From the NCBI GenBank assembly GCA_965644295.1, contig CBFFRP010000253.1, forward strand, positions 106,223 through 170,222: DNA of 64,000 nt, read 5' to 3'. The notes below the pieces were generated by a model. It was given only the letters and a program-made list of their open reading frames with translations. It did no database searches and was not told where the DNA came from. Positions 61,776 to 64,000 of this stretch are shown here, in pieces; position 1 is the stretch's first letter, and each line of letters begins with the position of its first letter. The stretch is from Paraphysomonas bandaiensis (lineage: Eukaryota; Protista; Chrysophyceae). A program made the position numbers and the translations under genes.

Positions 61776-62050
61776 TTAGAATATGGATCTTATTCTAGTA
61801 TATTCAGTATGTCACTTCAAGACAATGTACGAGAATACAGTGAAATATAGTGATGTACAAATGCTGTGATGATATTGAGAAACTGAAATAGTTTGATCGT
61901 TCAAGATATGTTCAGTAACGAGAGGTTCGCATATGTAGGATATTATGCAGGGATTATAATGAGTTAGTGTTGGTTATCACAACTTCGTGTAAACGATACT
62001 AATAAATCTATCTAGTCTTACGACAAATTCTCTCTGTGATCTAGTGTAAA

Positions 62051-64000
62051 ATGAGCGTTTCTCAACATGGTAGCGAGCGAGGAGGAGAGAAGGAGGATAG
62101 AGGAGTAGTGCCACAGTTTAATGAGAGCAATGTTGAACAATGGATTGAAGACTTCGAAACGTTCCTCATGAGGAAAGAGCAAAGTGAAGTAGCTGTGGAG
62201 CCACCACCGAAGGAGAGCGACTTCGGGGAACAGCCACTCACGTTAATGGAGGAGAAGTCTTACAGACAGGCTGTGAAGAAGTACTGGAAGGCGAATGCCA
62301 TAGCGTATTCGTACTGCAGAGAGGCAGTGCAATCATCTTCGAAGGCGCTTCAGAAATTCCATCTTCTACATAAAGGGTTCAAGGCTGATGGAAGTGGAAG
62401 CAACAGGTTTAAGGCGCATATTATGATTGATGAGTTGAAGAAGTGCTTTGCTGGAGGGAAGCAAAACAAGATCAGTGAGCTGTTGACTCAGTATGGCTCT
62501 TTCCGTATGCGTCCGGAGGAGACTGCGAAGGACTATATAATACGGTTTGAAATACTGCTGAAAGAGCTACAGGAGCAGCAGCAGGACATATCGGAGCTCT
62601 CAAAAATAACACGGTTACGAGAAGGTCTGTTGAATGAAGAATATGCTCCTCTGAATGTTGCTTTGTATTTGATGCCTGATGATGTTGATTATGCAACATT
62701 ATCAAGGAAGATAGAACGGTATGATGATACCATTCCTGGAAGGATTGCGTTAGAGCGGAAACGCAAGAAGGTGGAGGAGCTGAACTTCATTGAAAAGAGC
62801 AAACGGTCTCGAACGGAACGGGATAAGCGTAAGAAGGGCAACTGTAGATATTGCAGGAAAGAAGGAATTCCTCATAGCCATTCAACTGAACAGTGCAGGA
62901 GGAAGCAGAGGAAGAAGGATGGAGAGATATCAGGGCAGCGTCCTGGAAGTGCTGAATACACGGGATGCAGAAATTGCAAGTCTCTGGAACATCTTGCTGC
63001 TGATTGTCCAACGACGAAGAAAAAGCATTCTAGAAGAGGAGAGAAAGGGAAGAATCATGGTAGGAAGCCGGACAAAAGGCTGCTGACAGTAGAGAATATA
63101 CGGCGTGGAGAACCAGCAGATTTCTCTGATGAAGATGAAGCAAATATGATCGAGGATGTTATGAAATTGTCATGCAATATACATGAAACGAATATATGTA
63201 GTGTAAATGATGACATGCATTATACATATATTGACACCTGCTGTTCATCATCAATGTTCTTGATGAATGATGTGACCATGCTTGACACTCATATGAATAC
63301 ATCAAAGGTGATAAACGGCTCTAAGAAGGGATCAGAGATTCATATCACAAGTGTGGGTTCCCGTGGAGCATGGAGAGACATAGAAATTTCAGATCAGATC
63401 AATCGATGCCTGTGCTCCGGACGTAAGCTGAACGAAATGGGCTATCGATTCACGGTGTGGTATGGGATCCAAATTTATGACTGTAATACTGGTGAACTGG
63501 TACTGGAGGGACCCATGAAGAATGGAATGACTGCAGTTCCAACTCAGCAGCTGTTGGAGCTTCCAGATGTGTCTACACCGAGTAATTGTGAAGTAAATCT
63601 TAGCGATAGGACTGGTGAGGACGAGCTGGAGTTGCTGCATCGGAGAGCGGGTCACTTCAACAAACATGCGTTAGTGGAGGCACATAAGAGGATGCTCATC
63701 ATGGGTACAGGGTTGAAACGGAAACACCTCACAGCCAAGGTACACAAAAATCAGTGTTTGTGTGATGTGTGTGCCAGGTCTAAGATAACCCGAGTCAGCT
63801 TCCGAACGAAGGACGAGAATTCCGTTAGACCGAATTTTTCAGCAGATATCGCTGTGTACTTAAATTGTCCTGCTAGAGGAGGTGAGAGGTATGTGTTAAA
63901 GATAACGCATCATGCCAGCAAAATGTTCTGGGCGACGGGTTTAGTCCACAGAACTGGGGAAGCGGTCTTAGAAGTCTTCAAAGAGCTATTTAGAGGAGAT
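62051..64000 (+). CDS. Family B gag-pol (partial, 650 open codons; absent from the ORF track because there is no stop in the window)
   Basis: MSVSQHGSER...; CRNCKSLEHLAADC knuckle; YIDTCCS protease; LHRRAGH...CDVC integrase zinc finger; ADIAVYLNC. The ATG lies inside the LTR. Confidence 0.92.
   Translation, partial: MSVSQHGSERGGEKEDRGVVPQFNESNVEQWIEDFETFLMRKEQSEVAVEPPPKESDFGEQPLTLMEEKSYRQAVKKYWKANAIAYSYCREAVQSSSKALQKFHLLHKGFKADGSGSNRFKAHIMIDELKKCFAGGKQNKISELLTQYGSFRMRPEETAKDYIIRFEILLKELQEQQQDISELSKITRLREGLLNEEYAPLNVALYLMPDDVDYATLSRKIERYDDTIPGRIALERKRKKVEELNFIEKSKRSRTERDKRKKGNCRYCRKEGIPHSHSTEQCRRKQRKKDGEISGQRPGSAEYTGCRNCKSLEHLAADCPTTKKKHSRRGEKGKNHGRKPDKRLLTVENIRRGEPADFSDEDEANMIEDVMKLSCNIHETNICSVNDDMHYTYIDTCCSSSMFLMNDVTMLDTHMNTSKVINGSKKGSEIHITSVGSRGAWRDIEISDQINRCLCSGRKLNEMGYRFTVWYGIQIYDCNTGELVLEGPMKNGMTAVPTQQLLELPDVSTPSNCEVNLSDRTGEDELELLHRRAGHFNKHALVEAHKRMLIMGTGLKRKHLTAKVHKNQCLCDVCARSKITRVSFRTKDENSVRPNFSADIAVYLNCPARGGERYVLKITHHASKMFWATGLVHRTGEAVLEVFKELFRGD
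62068..62078 (+). promoter_or_regulatory. Primer-binding site of family B (TGGTAGCGAGC), initiator tRNA-Met type
   Basis: Directly follows CAACA. TGG-T-A implies CCA, A73 and U72, as in initiator tRNAs. Confidence 0.85.

Larger units (their letters stand above)
61766..64000 (+). mobile_element. Ty1/copia LTR retrotransposon, family B (5' part; runs off the right edge)
   Basis: LTR 61766-62067, (T)GTTGAGAA...TTCTCAACA; PBS; open gag-PR-IN frame homologous to family A. Confidence 0.95.

Overview
Compact eukaryotic genomic DNA with short GT-AG introns (mostly about 50-60 nt). Gene content suggests a stramenopile-type protist; that is inference. About 19 host genes lie between two almost identical Ty1/copia LTR retrotransposons in inverted orientation (family A: 1-4245 on the minus strand, 56508-61775 on the plus strand). 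A second copia family (B, 61766 to the window end) is fused directly to the end of the right-hand A copy through a 10-bp microhomology. Host genes: MFS transporter, BAF-like protein, TIM22, a broken vWA gene, EGLN/PHD-like hydroxylase, AGC kinase, Myb-like protein, CCaMK/CDPK-like kinase, a Cys-rich secreted protein, a very large DysF/C2/Sec6-MUN-like protein, a fatty-acid elongase with a QxxHH box, a PTGR-like reductase, ETFBKMT, a SNF2/BRM remodeler, D2HGDH, an ARM protein, PRMT7, an FkbM methyltransferase and EMC3. The most striking non-coding pattern is promoter architecture. Sixteen of the 19 genes sit in head-to-head pairs, and all five long (TACA)n arrays (120-555 bp) lie in the middle of such divergent spacers, never in convergent spacers. 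These spacers also carry a recurring TACAGCAG motif, and many of the genes have an AT-rich zone extending several hundred bp into the 5' coding sequence. All calls come from reading the sequence by eye; no database searches were run.
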